Positions 39,650 through 56,335 of a stretch of DNA of 64,000 nucleotides are shown here, in pieces. The notes beneath the pieces were generated by a model. That model ran no database searches. It had not been told where the DNA came from and saw only the letters and a list, made by a program, of their open reading frames with translations. Within the stretch, counting starts at the first letter, position 1; each line of letters begins with the position of its first letter. Where the stretch lies: contig JBBCGJ010000001.1 of assembly GCA_037200985.1 (NCBI GenBank), positions 718,756 to 782,755 on the forward strand. Direction: 5' to 3'. The position numbers and the translations under genes were made by a program. The stretch comes from Rhizomicrobium sp. GTDB taxonomy: Bacteria; Pseudomonadota; Alphaproteobacteria; Micropepsales; Micropepsaceae.

Positions 39650-41044
39650 TCAGATGTGGATGGCGTGACCGAGCGCGCGCAGGGCGGATTCGTGGAACGC
39701 CTCGCCCAGCGTCGGATGGACATGGATCGTCCCGGCAATGTCCTCCAGCACCGCGCCCATTTCCAGCGCGAGCGAGAATTCGTTCGACAGTTCGCTGACA
39801 TGCGCGCCGACCGCCTGGATGCCCAGCACGCGATGATCGGACTTGCGCGCCAGGATGCGCACGAAGCCGCCATTGTCGCCGCCGTCCATCGACAGCGCCC
39901 GCCCGTTCGCCATGAACGGGAACACGGCGGTGATGACGTCCTCGCCCTCGGCCTCGTGCGGGCTCATGCCGGCGCTGACGATCTCGGGCTCGGTGAAGCA
40001 CACCGCCGCGATGGTCATGGGATCGAAGCGTCGCTTATGCCCGGCGATGATCTCGGCGACCATCTCGCCCTGCGTGGCGGCCTTGTGCTCCAGCATCGGC
40101 TCGCCGACGAGGTCGCCCACCGCCCAGACATTCTTCATCGCCGTGCGGCACTGGTCGTCCACCTTCACGAAGCGGCCGTCCATGTCGACCGCCATGTTCT
40201 CCAGCCCCCAGCCCTCGGTCGCGGGCTTGCGCCCCACCGTCACCAGGATGTTGTCCGCCGCGATGTCGACCGTGCTGCCGTCCTTCAGCTCGGCCGCAAG
40301 CCCGTCCTTGCCGAGCCCCTTCGCCTTGGCGCCCAGATGCAGCGCGACGCCGTTCTTCTCCAGCCATTTGGCGACCGGCGCGACGAGCTGCGCATCATAG
40401 AGCGGCAGGATGCGGTCCAGCGCCTCGACCACCGTGACCTCCACGCCCAGCTTGCGGAACGCGATCCCCAGCTCCAGCCCGATATAGCCCGCGCCGACCA
40501 CCGCGAGCCGCTTCGGCAGCACCGGCAGCGCCAGCGCCCCGGTGGAGGAGATCACCTTGCCGCCGAACGGCAGGAAGGGCAGCTCCACCGGCACCGAGCC
40601 GTTGGCGAGGATGACGTGCTCCGCCGCGATCGTGACCTCGCCGTCCTTCGTCTTCACCGTGCAGGTCTTGGCGTCCGAAAACACCGCCCAGCCCTCGACC
40701 ACCCGCACCTTGGCGCGCTTGAGCAGCCCCGCCACGCCGGTGTTCAGCCGCTTCACGACGCCGTCTTTCCACTTCACCGTCTCGGCGAAATCGATCTTCG
40801 GCGCGGCGGACAGCGAGATGCCGTTCAGCGGCGCCTTCGCGGCATGCGCCATCGTTTCGAATTCGCCCGCGACATGGATGATCGCCTTGGACGGAATGCA
40901 GCCGACATTGAGGCACGTCCCGCCCAGCCGTTCCGCCTCCACCAGCACGGTCTCGAGACCGAGCTGGCCGCAGCGGATGCCGGCGACATAGCCGCCCGGC
41001 CCGCCGCCCACGATGAGGACCTTGGTGTTGATGCGTTCCGACAT
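39650..41044 (-). CDS. lpdV: Dihydrolipoyl dehydrogenase (E3)
   Basis: GGGPGGYVAG and the redox disulfide GGTCLNVGCIPSK. 464 aa, downstream of bkd E2. Confidence 0.95.
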   Translation of the reverse strand: MSERINTKVLIVGGGPGGYVAGIRCGQLGLETVLVEAERLGGTCLNVGCIPSKAIIHVAGEFETMAHAAKAPLNGISLSAAPKIDFAETVKWKDGVVKRLNTGVAGLLKRAKVRVVEGWAVFSDAKTCTVKTKDGEVTIAAEHVILANGSVPVELPFLPFGGKVISSTGALALPVLPKRLAVVGAGYIGLELGIAFRKLGVEVTVVEALDRILPLYDAQLVAPVAKWLEKNGVALHLGAKAKGLGKDGLAAELKDGSTVDIAADNILVTVGRKPATEGWGLENMAVDMDGRFVKVDDQCRTAMKNVWAVGDLVGEPMLEHKAATQGEMVAEIIAGHKRRFDPMTIAAVCFTEPEIVSAGMSPHEAEGEDVITAVFPFMANGRALSMDGGDNGGFVRILARKSDHRVLGIQAVGAHVSELSNEFSLALEMGAVLEDIAGTIHVHPTLGEAFHESALRALGHAIHI

Positions 41045-41062
41045 GGCAATCGTTCTTTCGAG

Positions 41063-41131
41063 AGCGAATAGCGAATAGCGAATAGCGAGTGGCAGGCGAC
41101 CCTATTCGCTACTCGCCACTCGCTATTCGCT
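41063..41131. repeat. Heptad-repeat palindrome: (AGCGAAT)x3-AGCGAGT ... ACTCGCT-ATTCGCT forming a 17-bp perfect stem
   Basis: AGCGAATAGCGAGTGGC (41077-41093) pairs perfectly with GCCACTCGCTATTCGCT (41115-41131) in the 86-nt gap between the E2 stop and the lpd start. Confidence 0.85.
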
Positions 41132-42408
41132 TAGTCCATGAACAGCGTGGCGGGATGTTCCAGCAGCGCCTTGATCTTCTGGATGAACTCCGCCGCATCG
41201 TAGCCGTCGACCACGCGATGGTCGAAGGACGACGACAGGTTCATCATCTTGCGCACCACGATCTGGCCGCCGCGCACGACGGGACGCTCGACGATCGCAT
41301 TCGGCCCGATGATGCCGACCTCCGGATAGTTGATGACCGGCGTGGTCGCCACCCCGCCCAGCGCGCCCAGGCTGGTGATGGTGATGGTCGAGCCGGTGAG
41401 ATCCTCCTTCGACGCCTTGTTCTCGCGCGCCGCCGCCGAGACGCGCGCGACTTCGAGCGCGCTGTCCCACACATCGCGGGCCTCGGCATGGCGCACCACC
41501 GGCACGATCAGCCCGTTCGCAGTCTGCGTCGCGATGCCGATATGGACCGCGGCATGGCGGTGCACCACGCCGGCCTCGTCGTCGAACCGCGCATTGATCT
41601 GCGGATAGGCCGGCAGCACCTTCACCAGCGCCCGCATCAGGAAGGGCAGCACGTTCAGCTTGGGCTGGTCGTCGCGCCTGGTCTTGTTCAGATGCGCCCG
41701 CAGGTCTTCCAGCTCCGTCATGTCGATTTCCTCGACATAGGCGAAATGCGGAATGCGCCGTTTGGAATTCTGCATGCTTTCGGCGATGCGGCGGCGCAGG
41801 CCGATCACCTTCACCTCCTCGACGCCTTCGCGCGGCGCATAGGACGTGCCGCCACCGCGCGCCGCGACGCGCCCGCCAGCGGCGATATAGGCGTCGAGGT
41901 CTTCATGGGTGATGCGGCCGGCGGGTCCGGTGCCCGGCACCAGCCGCAGATCGACGCCGCGATCGCGCGCCCGCTGGCGCACCGCCGGCGCCGCGAGCGG
42001 CCTGTCGCCTTCCTCCAGCACGAAGGTCGCGGGATGCACCGCCGCACGCGCCACGGGTTTCGCGGCAACCTTCTCCGGCTTCGGCGCCGGCGTGGCGACC
42101 GGCTTTGCCGGAGCCTCAACCTTCTTCTCCGGTGCCGCTTGGCCGTTGGCCTTGGCGTTTCCCGCGCCTTCGACTTCGAGTTCGACCAGGGGCGATCCGA
42201 CCGACGCCATCTGGCCCGGCTCGCCGTGCAGCGCCACGACCTTGCCGGTGACCGGCGAGGTCATCTCCACCGTCGCCTTGTCCGTCATCACATCGACCAT
42301 GTTCTGGTCTTCGTGGATATCGTCGCCGACCTTGACGTGCCAGGCCACGATCTCCGCTTCCGCCGTGCCTTCGCCGACATCGGGAAGCTTGAACACGTAT
42401 CGACCCAT
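41131..42408 (-). CDS. bkdB: Branched-chain 2-oxoacid dehydrogenase E2 (dihydrolipoamide acyltransferase)
   Basis: ATG at 42408, 2 nt downstream of the E1-beta stop codon (42411-42413). Lipoyl motif DVMTDKATVEM and catalytic SFDHRVVDG. Confidence 0.9.
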   Translation of the reverse strand: MGRYVFKLPDVGEGTAEAEIVAWHVKVGDDIHEDQNMVDVMTDKATVEMTSPVTGKVVALHGEPGQMASVGSPLVELEVEGAGNAKANGQAAPEKKVEAPAKPVATPAPKPEKVAAKPVARAAVHPATFVLEEGDRPLAAPAVRQRARDRGVDLRLVPGTGPAGRITHEDLDAYIAAGGRVAARGGGTSYAPREGVEEVKVIGLRRRIAESMQNSKRRIPHFAYVEEIDMTELEDLRAHLNKTRRDDQPKLNVLPFLMRALVKVLPAYPQINARFDDEAGVVHRHAAVHIGIATQTANGLIVPVVRHAEARDVWDSALEVARVSAAARENKASKEDLTGSTITITSLGALGGVATTPVINYPEVGIIGPNAIVERPVVRGGQIVVRKMMNLSSSFDHRVVDGYDAAEFIQKIKALLEHPATLFMD

Positions 42409-42410
42409 CG

Positions 42411-43424
<1,014 letters not shown>

Positions 43425-43427
43425 GGC

Positions 43428-47067
<3,640 letters not shown>

Positions 47068-47070
47068 GGT

Positions 47071-47766
47071 TCAGCCCTTCGCCGCCGGCGCCTTGTCCAC
47101 ATAGGTGAGGCCCTTGGCCTTCAGCTTCTCGCGCATGCCGTAGATGTCGAGCCCGAGTTCGCCGGCCTTCAGCCGCGCCCGCGTCGCCGCTTCCTTGTTC
47201 TCGCGCTCGATGCTCTTCTCCAGCACGTCAGCGACCTTGGCGCGCGGCACCACGACCACGCCGTCATCGTCGGCGACGATGAGGTCCCCGGGATGGACCA
47301 GCGCCCCGCCGCACACCAAGGGCACGTTCACGCTGCCCAAAGTCTCCTTGACCGTGCCCTGCGCCGACACTGCCTTCGACCAGACCGGGAATTTCATGTC
47401 TTCCAGCGCGGCGATGTCGCGCGCGCCCGCCTCGATGATCAGCCCGCGCACGCCGCGCGCCGCCAGGGACGAGGCGAGAAGCTCGCCGAAATATCCCGTG
47501 TCGCAGGGCGAAGTCGGCGCCGCCACCAGCACGTCGCCCTCGCGGCATTGCTCGACCGCGACATGCAGCATCCAATTGTCGCCCGGCGCCAGTTCGACCG
47601 TTACCGCGGCGCCCGCGAGGAAGGCGCGGCGATAGATCGGCCGCATATAGCTGCCCATCAGTCCGGTGCGGCCCTGGGCTTCGTGCACGGTGGCGACGCC
47701 GATGCCGGCGAAGCCCGCGACGAGATCGGGCGCGGGTCGTTCGATCGACTGGACAACGATGGCCAT
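47071..47766 (-). CDS. ligK: 4-carboxy-4-hydroxy-2-oxoadipate aldolase/oxaloacetate decarboxylase
   Basis: 231 aa, RraA-like fold. [11 protein letters not shown]... and GELLA....RGV.G motifs. Confidence 0.9.
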   Translation of the reverse strand: MAIVVQSIERPAPDLVAGFAGIGVATVHEAQGRTGLMGSYMRPIYRRAFLAGAAVTVELAPGDNWMLHVAVEQCREGDVLVAAPTSPCDTGYFGELLASSLAARGVRGLIIEAGARDIAALEDMKFPVWSKAVSAQGTVKETLGSVNVPLVCGGALVHPGDLIVADDDGVVVVPRAKVADVLEKSIERENKEAATRARLKAGELGLDIYGMREKLKAKGLTYVDKAPAAKG

Positions 47767-47847
47767 GGATGCATCCGCAAGCGTTTCGGCGCGGAGATTG
47801 CGCCGCGGCGGACGAGCCCGTCAACGGACGCGCGGGTGCCGATGCCA

Positions 47848-49581
47848 CTAGGCGGGAAGTGAAACCTGCGCGTCGGCGTCCGGCGGAAACTCGCCCCAGA
47901 CGCGCGTGCCGCGGCCCGGCGCGGACTCGATGCCGAACGTCGCGCCATGGGCTTCGATCAGCGCCTTGACCAGCGGCAGGCCGAGGCCGGTGCCGCGGCC
48001 TTCGACGGTGACGGTATGGGCGACCTGGCCGAACGGCTGCAGCGCCTTCGTCAGGCCGTCCCGCGTCATGCCGATGCCGGTGTCCTCGACCCCCAGCCGC
48101 ACGCCCTTGCCGTCCGCCGCCCGTTCCGCGAACACGGTCACGCGTCCGCCGCGTCTCGTGAACTTCACCGCGTTCGACAGCAGGTTGACGAAGATCTGCT
48201 TCACCGCCCGCTCGTCGGCCAGAAGACGGACGCCGCCGTCGACGCGCGAATCCATCGCGAGCCCGGCCTCGGTCGCCTGCGTCTCGACCATCCGCAGCGC
48301 ATTGGTCGCCGTCGCCGCGATGTCCAGGTCGACGGGATTGAGCTCGAGCTTGCCCGCCTCGATCTTCGCCATGTCGAGCACGTCGTTGATGAGGCTCAAG
48401 AGGTGGCGGCCGCTGTCGTGGATGTCGTCGACATATTCGCGGTATTTGGCGGGCCGCAGCGCCCCGAAGGTCTCGTGACGGATGACGTCGGAGAAACCGA
48501 TGATCGCGTTGAGCGGCGTGCGCAGCTCATGGCTCATGCTGGCGAGGAACTCGGACTTCGCCTTGTTGGCCTTGTCGGCCAGCACCTTCGCCTCGGCGAG
48601 TTCGGTTTCGCGCCGGCGCTGCTCGGTGATGTCGGCCATCGTGCCGATGGCGCGCGAGGGCAGGCCGTCCGCGTTGCGCAGGATGCGGCCCTTCAGCGTC
48701 ACCACGCGTTCCACGCCGTCGCTCACGCGCCGGATGCGCACCTCCTCGTTGCGCTGCGTGTCCGCCGTGGGCGAGAACGGGCCGCCGAAGGTGGCGCTGA
48801 ACCGGGCCCGGTCGTCGGCATGGATCAGTTCCAACAGAAGCTGAACGCTGGGCTTGGTCGAATCCGGCAAGCCCAGGATGGTCTTGAACTGCGGCGACCA
48901 GATGTCGTGGCCGGTCGCCAGGTCGACGTCATAGGTGCCCAGGTCGGTCGCCTCGGCGGCCAAGTGCCAGCGCGCCTCGCTGTTGCGCAGCTCCTCTTCC
49001 TTGCGGTTCTGGGCCAGCGCCAGGCGCACCAGCCGCGACGCCGGTTCGAGCAGGCCCCAATCGCGCGAGGTCGGCGCGCGCGGCTCGCGATAGTACATCG
49101 CGATGGTGCCGAGCACCGCCTCGTTCTTGTCCAGGATGGGCAGCGACCAGCAGGCGCGCAGGCCGAAGGACAGCACGAAGTCCCGCGGCCCGGCCCAGAG
49201 CGGATCGTTCGCGATGTCCCGCACGATCACCGGCGTCTTGCGGAAGGCGGCGGTGCCGCAGGACCCGGCGCAAGGTCCGATCTCGATGCCGTCGATCGCC
49301 TCGAAAAAAGGGCGCGGCAGGCTCGGCCCAGCGGCGGGCCGCAGGTGGAGGCCGTCCGCCTTCAGCAGCAGGATCGAGCACAGGGCCGGCGGCGCCAGGC
49401 GCTCGACCAGCAGGGCGATATGGCTCAGCGTCTCGCGCAGGCTGGCGCCGCCCGCCATGAGATCGATGATCTCGCCCTGCACTTCGAGCAACGCCAGAAT
49501 CGGAAGTTTGGCTTTTTCGAAGTGGGGCAGTATCTCGCTGTGAGCGTCGTGGCTTGTTGCCAGCCTTCCGATCGCGGCCAT
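47848..49581 (-). CDS. GAF-PAS sensor histidine kinase
   Basis: H-box MSHELRTPLNAI, N box LLSNAVKFT, DTGIGM, GTGLGLPLV. Confidence 0.9.
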   Translation of the reverse strand: MAAIGRLATSHDAHSEILPHFEKAKLPILALLEVQGEIIDLMAGGASLRETLSHIALLVERLAPPALCSILLLKADGLHLRPAAGPSLPRPFFEAIDGIEIGPCAGSCGTAAFRKTPVIVRDIANDPLWAGPRDFVLSFGLRACWSLPILDKNEAVLGTIAMYYREPRAPTSRDWGLLEPASRLVRLALAQNRKEEELRNSEARWHLAAEATDLGTYDVDLATGHDIWSPQFKTILGLPDSTKPSVQLLLELIHADDRARFSATFGGPFSPTADTQRNEEVRIRRVSDGVERVVTLKGRILRNADGLPSRAIGTMADITEQRRRETELAEAKVLADKANKAKSEFLASMSHELRTPLNAIIGFSDVIRHETFGALRPAKYREYVDDIHDSGRHLLSLINDVLDMAKIEAGKLELNPVDLDIAATATNALRMVETQATEAGLAMDSRVDGGVRLLADERAVKQIFVNLLSNAVKFTRRGGRVTVFAERAADGKGVRLGVEDTGIGMTRDGLTKALQPFGQVAHTVTVEGRGTGLGLPLVKALIEAHGATFGIESAPGRGTRVWGEFPPDADAQVSLPA

Positions 49582-49706
49582 CTTCCGTCTCCCTCGCGGG
49601 ATGGAATTTAAGCCCGCTCGGTCAACGGCCGATTAAACGAAGCCCGACTAATCCGGACAATGCCGTAAGTATAATTCCGCACCACCCATTTTGTGGTGGG
49701 AACTTT

Positions 49707-50567
49707 CTAGGCCGCGATGGCCGAAAGAGGCCGGTTTTCCAGCAAAAGAACGCCCGACGCCGTGTTTGAGATCGGGATGTGATAGTTGCCGTGGATTTTC
49801 GAAACCTCGCCGTTCAGCGCGCCGCGCATCGCCAGCCAGTTGACCAGCTCGACGCCCTGGGTGCCGGCCAGCTCGACCAGTTCCGCGATCGAATAGCGCG
49901 CCAGCATCTCGGGATCGCTCTGCAGCTTCTCCAGGCACATCAGATCGAACGGCTTGTTGATGAAGCCCGCCCGCGCGCCGTCGAGCTGGTGCGAAAGCCC
50001 GCCGCTGCCCACGACGAGCACGTTGGTGTCCTCCTCATAGCTCTCGATCGCGCGCCCGACGGCGCGGCCGAGCTTGAAGCAGCGCGCCGGCGAGGGCAGG
50101 GGATGCTGCACGGTGTTGATCGCGATCGGCACGACCCGGACCGGCCAGTCCGCGCCGCCCGGCCACATCAGCGACATCGGCACGGTGAAGGCGTGATCGA
50201 CCGCCATCTCCTGGCAGGTCGTGACGTCGAATTCGTCGGCGACCAGCGCCTCGATCAGGTGCCAGGAAAGTCCGGGATCGCCGCGGAACGGCTTCTGCGC
50301 CGGCAGGCCCCAGCCTTCGTCGGCGTTGCGGTATTGCGCCGCCGCGCCCACCGCGAAGGTCGGCATCTTGTCGAGGAAGAAATTGAGCCCGTGGTCGTTG
50401 TAGAACGCCACGACCACATCCGGCCGCTCGCGGCCCAGCCAGGCGCGCACCGCCTCATAGCCGTCGAAGAACGGCTTCCAGTACGGCTCCTGCTGCCGGC
50501 CGGCGGCGATCGCCGCGCCGATCGCCGGAACGTGGGAGGTGCCGAGCCCGCCGATGATTCTCGCCAT
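49707..50567 (-). CDS. Class III extradiol dioxygenase beta subunit, divergent LigB paralogue (gallate-dioxygenase-like?)
   Basis: ATG at 50567, 286 aa. MARIIGGLGTSHVPAIG..., YNDH, VDHAFTVP. Roughly half of positions match the LigB at 53403 by eye. Confidence 0.85.
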   Translation of the reverse strand: MARIIGGLGTSHVPAIGAAIAAGRQQEPYWKPFFDGYEAVRAWLGRERPDVVVAFYNDHGLNFFLDKMPTFAVGAAAQYRNADEGWGLPAQKPFRGDPGLSWHLIEALVADEFDVTTCQEMAVDHAFTVPMSLMWPGGADWPVRVVPIAINTVQHPLPSPARCFKLGRAVGRAIESYEEDTNVLVVGSGGLSHQLDGARAGFINKPFDLMCLEKLQSDPEMLARYSIAELVELAGTQGVELVNWLAMRGALNGEVSKIHGNYHIPISNTASGVLLLENRPLSAIAA

Positions 50568-50569
50568 GA

Positions 50570-50920
50570 TTATCTCCCCGCCGCCGCCAGCCTGGCCTTG
50601 AACGCCTCGACGCTGACGCCGGTCTGCTGCGCGCCCACGTCCTGCACGTTGAAACCGAATATCCCGGCGAGCTTCGCCAGATAGTAGATGTTGCCGCCCG
50701 CGGCGATCATCTCCAGCACGCTGCGCCGGCGCACGGCCGCGCGCTGCTCCTCGCCCAGGCCGAATTTCGCGCAATAGGCGTCCTCGTCCTTCAGGAACGC
50801 CGCGCGGTTCGCCGCATCGTTGAAGGAAAAGCACATCCGGTTGAGGGCATAGCCCTTCTGCGCCATGGCGCCGTCGAACAGCGTCGTTCCCGCGATGTCA
50901 TGGCTTGTCGCGACGGTCAT
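50570..50920 (-). CDS. Extradiol dioxygenase alpha subunit, LigA paralogue
   Basis: 116 aa. LigA-domain pattern GY.LN.MCFSF....NR..F..DE..YC..F.L.EEQ, directly upstream of the LigB paralogue. Confidence 0.85.
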   Translation of the reverse strand: MTVATSHDIAGTTLFDGAMAQKGYALNRMCFSFNDAANRAAFLKDEDAYCAKFGLGEEQRAAVRRRSVLEMIAAGGNIYYLAKLAGIFGFNVQDVGAQQTGVSVEAFKARLAAAGR

Positions 50921-51068
50921 GCATGGCCTCCGGAAAATTCCGTGAAACGCTAAGCGAAGATTTCTGCGGCCGCCTTGATCCCGATCAGTGACCGCAGCGA
51001 TGCGAGCGGGGTGGCTTCTGCGCCGCCGCTTTTGCTAATCTCGCGCGGGAACGAATCCGGGTCCGCAT

Positions 51069-52091
51069 ATGATCATCGACTGCCACGGCCATTACACCAC
51101 CGCGCCGGCGCCGCACGACGCCTTCCGTCAGGCACAGATCGCGGCCCTGAAGGACCCGGCGGCGGCGCCCAAGGAATTGCCGAAGATCAGCGACGACCAG
51201 ATCCGCGACAGCCTGGAGGGCGCCCAGCTCAAGCTCCAGCGCGCCCGCGGCACCGACGTGACGATCTTCAGCCCGCGCGCCTCGGCCATGGCGCATCACA
51301 TCGGCAATGAGGAGACCAGCAAGGTCTGGTCGCGCCTGTGCAACGATCTGATCGGGCGGGTCTGCGGCCTCTATCCCGAGAATTTCGTCGGCGTCTGCCA
51401 GTTGCCGCAGTCGCCCGGCGTGCCGCCCGCCAACAGCGCCGCCGAGCTCGAGCGCTGCGTGAAGGAGCTGGGCTTCATCGGCTGCAATCTCAATCCCGAT
51501 CCGTCGGGCGGCTATTGGACCTCGCCGCCGCTGACCGACCGGCACTGGTATCCGCTCTACGAGAAGATGGTCGAGCTGGACGTGCCGGCGATGATCCATG
51601 TCTCAGGCTCGTGCCATCCCGGCCTGCACGCCACCGGCGCCTATTACATCAACGCCGATACGACCGCCTTCATGCAGTTCATCGAGGGCGATCTGTTCAA
51701 GGACTTCCCGACGTTGCGCTTCGTCATCCCGCATGGCGGCGGCGCGGTGCCCTATCACTGGGGCCGCTACCGGGGCCTCGCCGACATGCTGAAACGTCCG
51801 CCGCTGGCCGAGCATGTGATGAAGAACGTGTTCTTCGACACCTGCGTCTATCACAAGCCGGGCATCGAGCTCCTGCTCAAGGTGATCCCGCTGGAGAACA
51901 TCCTGTTCGGCTCGGAGATGGTGGGCGCGGTGCGCGGCATCGATCCGGAAACCGGCCAGTATTTCGACGACACCAAGCGTTACTTTGACGCGCTGGCCCT
52001 GAGCGACGAGGTCCGCGCGCAGCTGTTCGAAGGCAATGCACGGCGCGTCTATCCGCGGCTCGGCGCCGCGCTTGCGCGGGCGGCGGGGTAG
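51069..52091 (+). CDS. ligJ: 4-oxalomesaconate hydratase (amidohydrolase-2 family)
   Basis: 340 aa. MIIDCHGHYT start and LigJ size and architecture, in the lig cluster. Confidence 0.85.
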   Translation: MIIDCHGHYTTAPAPHDAFRQAQIAALKDPAAAPKELPKISDDQIRDSLEGAQLKLQRARGTDVTIFSPRASAMAHHIGNEETSKVWSRLCNDLIGRVCGLYPENFVGVCQLPQSPGVPPANSAAELERCVKELGFIGCNLNPDPSGGYWTSPPLTDRHWYPLYEKMVELDVPAMIHVSGSCHPGLHATGAYYINADTTAFMQFIEGDLFKDFPTLRFVIPHGGGAVPYHWGRYRGLADMLKRPPLAEHVMKNVFFDTCVYHKPGIELLLKVIPLENILFGSEMVGAVRGIDPETGQYFDDTKRYFDALALSDEVRAQLFEGNARRVYPRLGAALARAAG

Positions 52092-52144
52092 AGCTTCGCC
52101 CACAGTGGGGTGGCAATGCTCCGCGGGAGGTAACAGAGGCTGCC

Positions 52145-54278
<2,134 letters not shown>

Positions 54279-54288
54279 ACAAAAATAC

Positions 54289-54367
54289 TGTCATGCCCGC
54301 GAAGGCGGGCATCCAGGCCGTCCCGCCGTGCAGGCTGCTCTGGATTCCCGCTTGCGCGGGAATGACA
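54289..54367. repeat. Composite palindromic REP-like element (family B): TGTCAT-hairpin-CCAG ... CTGG-hairpin-ATGACA
   Basis: TGTCATGCCCGCGAAGGCGGGCATCCAG (54289-54316) and CTGGATTCCCGCTTGCGCGGGAATGACA (54340-54367) are mutually inverted, and each holds an internal 8-bp hairpin. Lies between ligB and ligC. Confidence 0.85.
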
Positions 54368-54404
54368 AATTGCAAGGATATCGCACTCTGAAAGAGGCAC
54401 GTCT

Positions 54405-55355
54405 ATGAAGATTTGTCTGGCCGGGCAGGGCGCCTTCGGCGTCAAGCATCTCGAAGCGATCCGCAACATCCCCGGCATCGATGTCGTGTCGCTCGCCGGC
54501 GGCCGGCCCGAAACGACCAAGCAGGTCGCCGAGAAATTCGGCATCCCGCACTGGACCACCGACCTCGCCGAAAGCCTCAAGCAGCCCGGCGTGGAGGCCG
54601 CGATCCTCACCACGCCCACGCAAATGCATGCCGATCAGGGCGAGCAATGCCTGCGCGCCGGCAAGCATGTGATGATCGAGATTCCCATCGCCGACAATCT
54701 CGCGGACTCCGAGCGCCTCGCGCGCGTGCAGAAGGAGACCGGCCTGATCGCCATGGGCGGCCACACCCGCCGCTTCAATCCCAGCCATCAATGGGTGCAC
54801 AAACGGATCGAGAAGGGCGAGCTCAAGATCCAGCAGATGAATGTGCAGACCTATTTCTTCCGCCGCACCAACATGAATGCGCTCGGCCAGCCGCGCAGCT
54901 GGACCGACCATCTGCTCTGGCACCATGCCTGTCACACCGTCGATCTCTTCATGTACCAGACCGGCGAGCCCGTCACGATCGCCCGCGCCGTCGAAGGCCC
55001 GATCCATCCGACGCTCGGCATCGCGATGGACATGAGCATCCAGCTCAAGACACCGTCCGGAGCGATCTGCACCCTGTCGCTGTCGTTCAACAACGAAGGA
55101 CCGCTCGGCACCTTCTTCCGCTACATCTGCGACAACGGCACCTATATCGCGCGCTATGACGACTTGGTGGACGGCAACGAGAAGCCCATCGACCTCAGCC
55201 ACGTCGCCGTCTCGATGAACGGCATCGAGCTGCAGGACCGCGAATTCTTCGCCGCCATCAAGGAAGGCCGCGAGCCCAATGCCAGCGTGGCGCAGGTTCT
55301 GCCCGCGATGCAGACGCTCGACCGCCTCGAAAAGAGCCTGAGCCTGCCGCAATGA
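54405..55355 (+). CDS. ligC: 4-carboxy-2-hydroxymuconate-6-semialdehyde dehydrogenase (Gfo/Idh/MocA family)
   Basis: 316 aa. MKICLAGQGAFGVKHLEA N-terminal Rossmann fold. Size and position as ligC. Confidence 0.85.
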   Translation: MKICLAGQGAFGVKHLEAIRNIPGIDVVSLAGGRPETTKQVAEKFGIPHWTTDLAESLKQPGVEAAILTTPTQMHADQGEQCLRAGKHVMIEIPIADNLADSERLARVQKETGLIAMGGHTRRFNPSHQWVHKRIEKGELKIQQMNVQTYFFRRTNMNALGQPRSWTDHLLWHHACHTVDLFMYQTGEPVTIARAVEGPIHPTLGIAMDMSIQLKTPSGAICTLSLSFNNEGPLGTFFRYICDNGTYIARYDDLVDGNEKPIDLSHVAVSMNGIELQDREFFAAIKEGREPNASVAQVLPAMQTLDRLEKSLSLPQ

Positions 55356-56335
55356 CGCGCAAGCTCGGTCCCTTCTCCGTGCCGGCCGTCGGCCTCGGCT
55401 GCATGTCGCTCAGCCACGCCTATGGCTCGCCGCCGGATGCGCAGACCGCCGCCAAGGTGCTGCACGGCGCGCTCGACATGGGCTGCACCTTCCTCGACAC
55501 CGCGGCGCTCTACGGCTTCGGCGCCAACGAGACGCTGATCGGCAACGTCTTGAAGGAACGGCGCGGCGAATACGTCCTCGCCAGCAAATGCGGCATCTCC
55601 CGCAACACCCAGGGCGTGCGCGAGATCAACGGCCGCCCGGAGGAGATCAAGAAGACCTGCGACGAAAGCCTGTCGCGCCTCCAGACCGACGTCATCGACC
55701 TCTATTACCTGCACCGCTGGGACAAGCGGGTGCCGATCGAGGAAAGCGTCGGCGCGCTCGCCGATCTGATCCGCGCTGGCAAGATCAAGACCATCGGCCT
55801 CTCCGAAGTCTCCGCCCCGACATTGCGCAAAGCGCATGCCGTGCATCCCGTCACCGCGCTGCAAAGCGAATATTCCCTGTGGACCCGCAACCCGGAGATC
55901 GCGACCCTCGCCGCCTGCAAGGAATTGGGCACCGCCTTCGTCGCCTTCAGCCCCGTCGGCCGCGGCTTCCTCGCCGGCGGCCTGCGCGACGCCGGCGCGC
56001 TCCAGGAAAAGGACATCCGCCGCGCCATGCCGCGCTTCCAGGGCGAGAATTTCGCGGCCAATTTGAAACTGCTCGAAGGCCTCGCGACAATCGCGCGCGA
56101 GAAGGATTGCACCCCGGCCCAGCTATCGCTCGCCTGGGTGCTGTCGCGCGGCGAACACGTCATCGCGATCCCTGGCACCACCAGTCTCGCACATCTGCAA
56201 GAGGATTTCGCCGCGCGCGACCTCGCGCTCGACGCGGCGACGTTCGCCCGCCTCGACGCGCTGATCAACGCCCGCACCGTCCACGGCCGGCGCTACAACG
56301 CCGCGACCGAAGCCGAGATCGACACCGAGTCATGA
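55352..56335 (+). CDS. Aldo/keto reductase
   Basis: 327 aa. LGCMSLS and FLDTAALYG motifs. ATGA overlaps at both ends. Confidence 0.9.
   Translation: MTRKLGPFSVPAVGLGCMSLSHAYGSPPDAQTAAKVLHGALDMGCTFLDTAALYGFGANETLIGNVLKERRGEYVLASKCGISRNTQGVREINGRPEEIKKTCDESLSRLQTDVIDLYYLHRWDKRVPIEESVGALADLIRAGKIKTIGLSEVSAPTLRKAHAVHPVTALQSEYSLWTRNPEIATLAACKELGTAFVAFSPVGRGFLAGGLRDAGALQEKDIRRAMPRFQGENFAANLKLLEGLATIAREKDCTPAQLSLAWVLSRGEHVIAIPGTTSLAHLQEDFAARDLALDAATFARLDALINARTVHGRRYNAATEAEIDTES

Noticed and set aside
49660-49706. Apparent hairpin CACCACCC-ATTTT-GTGGTGGG after the divergent LigB paralogue, considered as a terminator.
   Set aside because: The arms are not actually complementary when paired antiparallel, so it is only a pseudo-palindrome.
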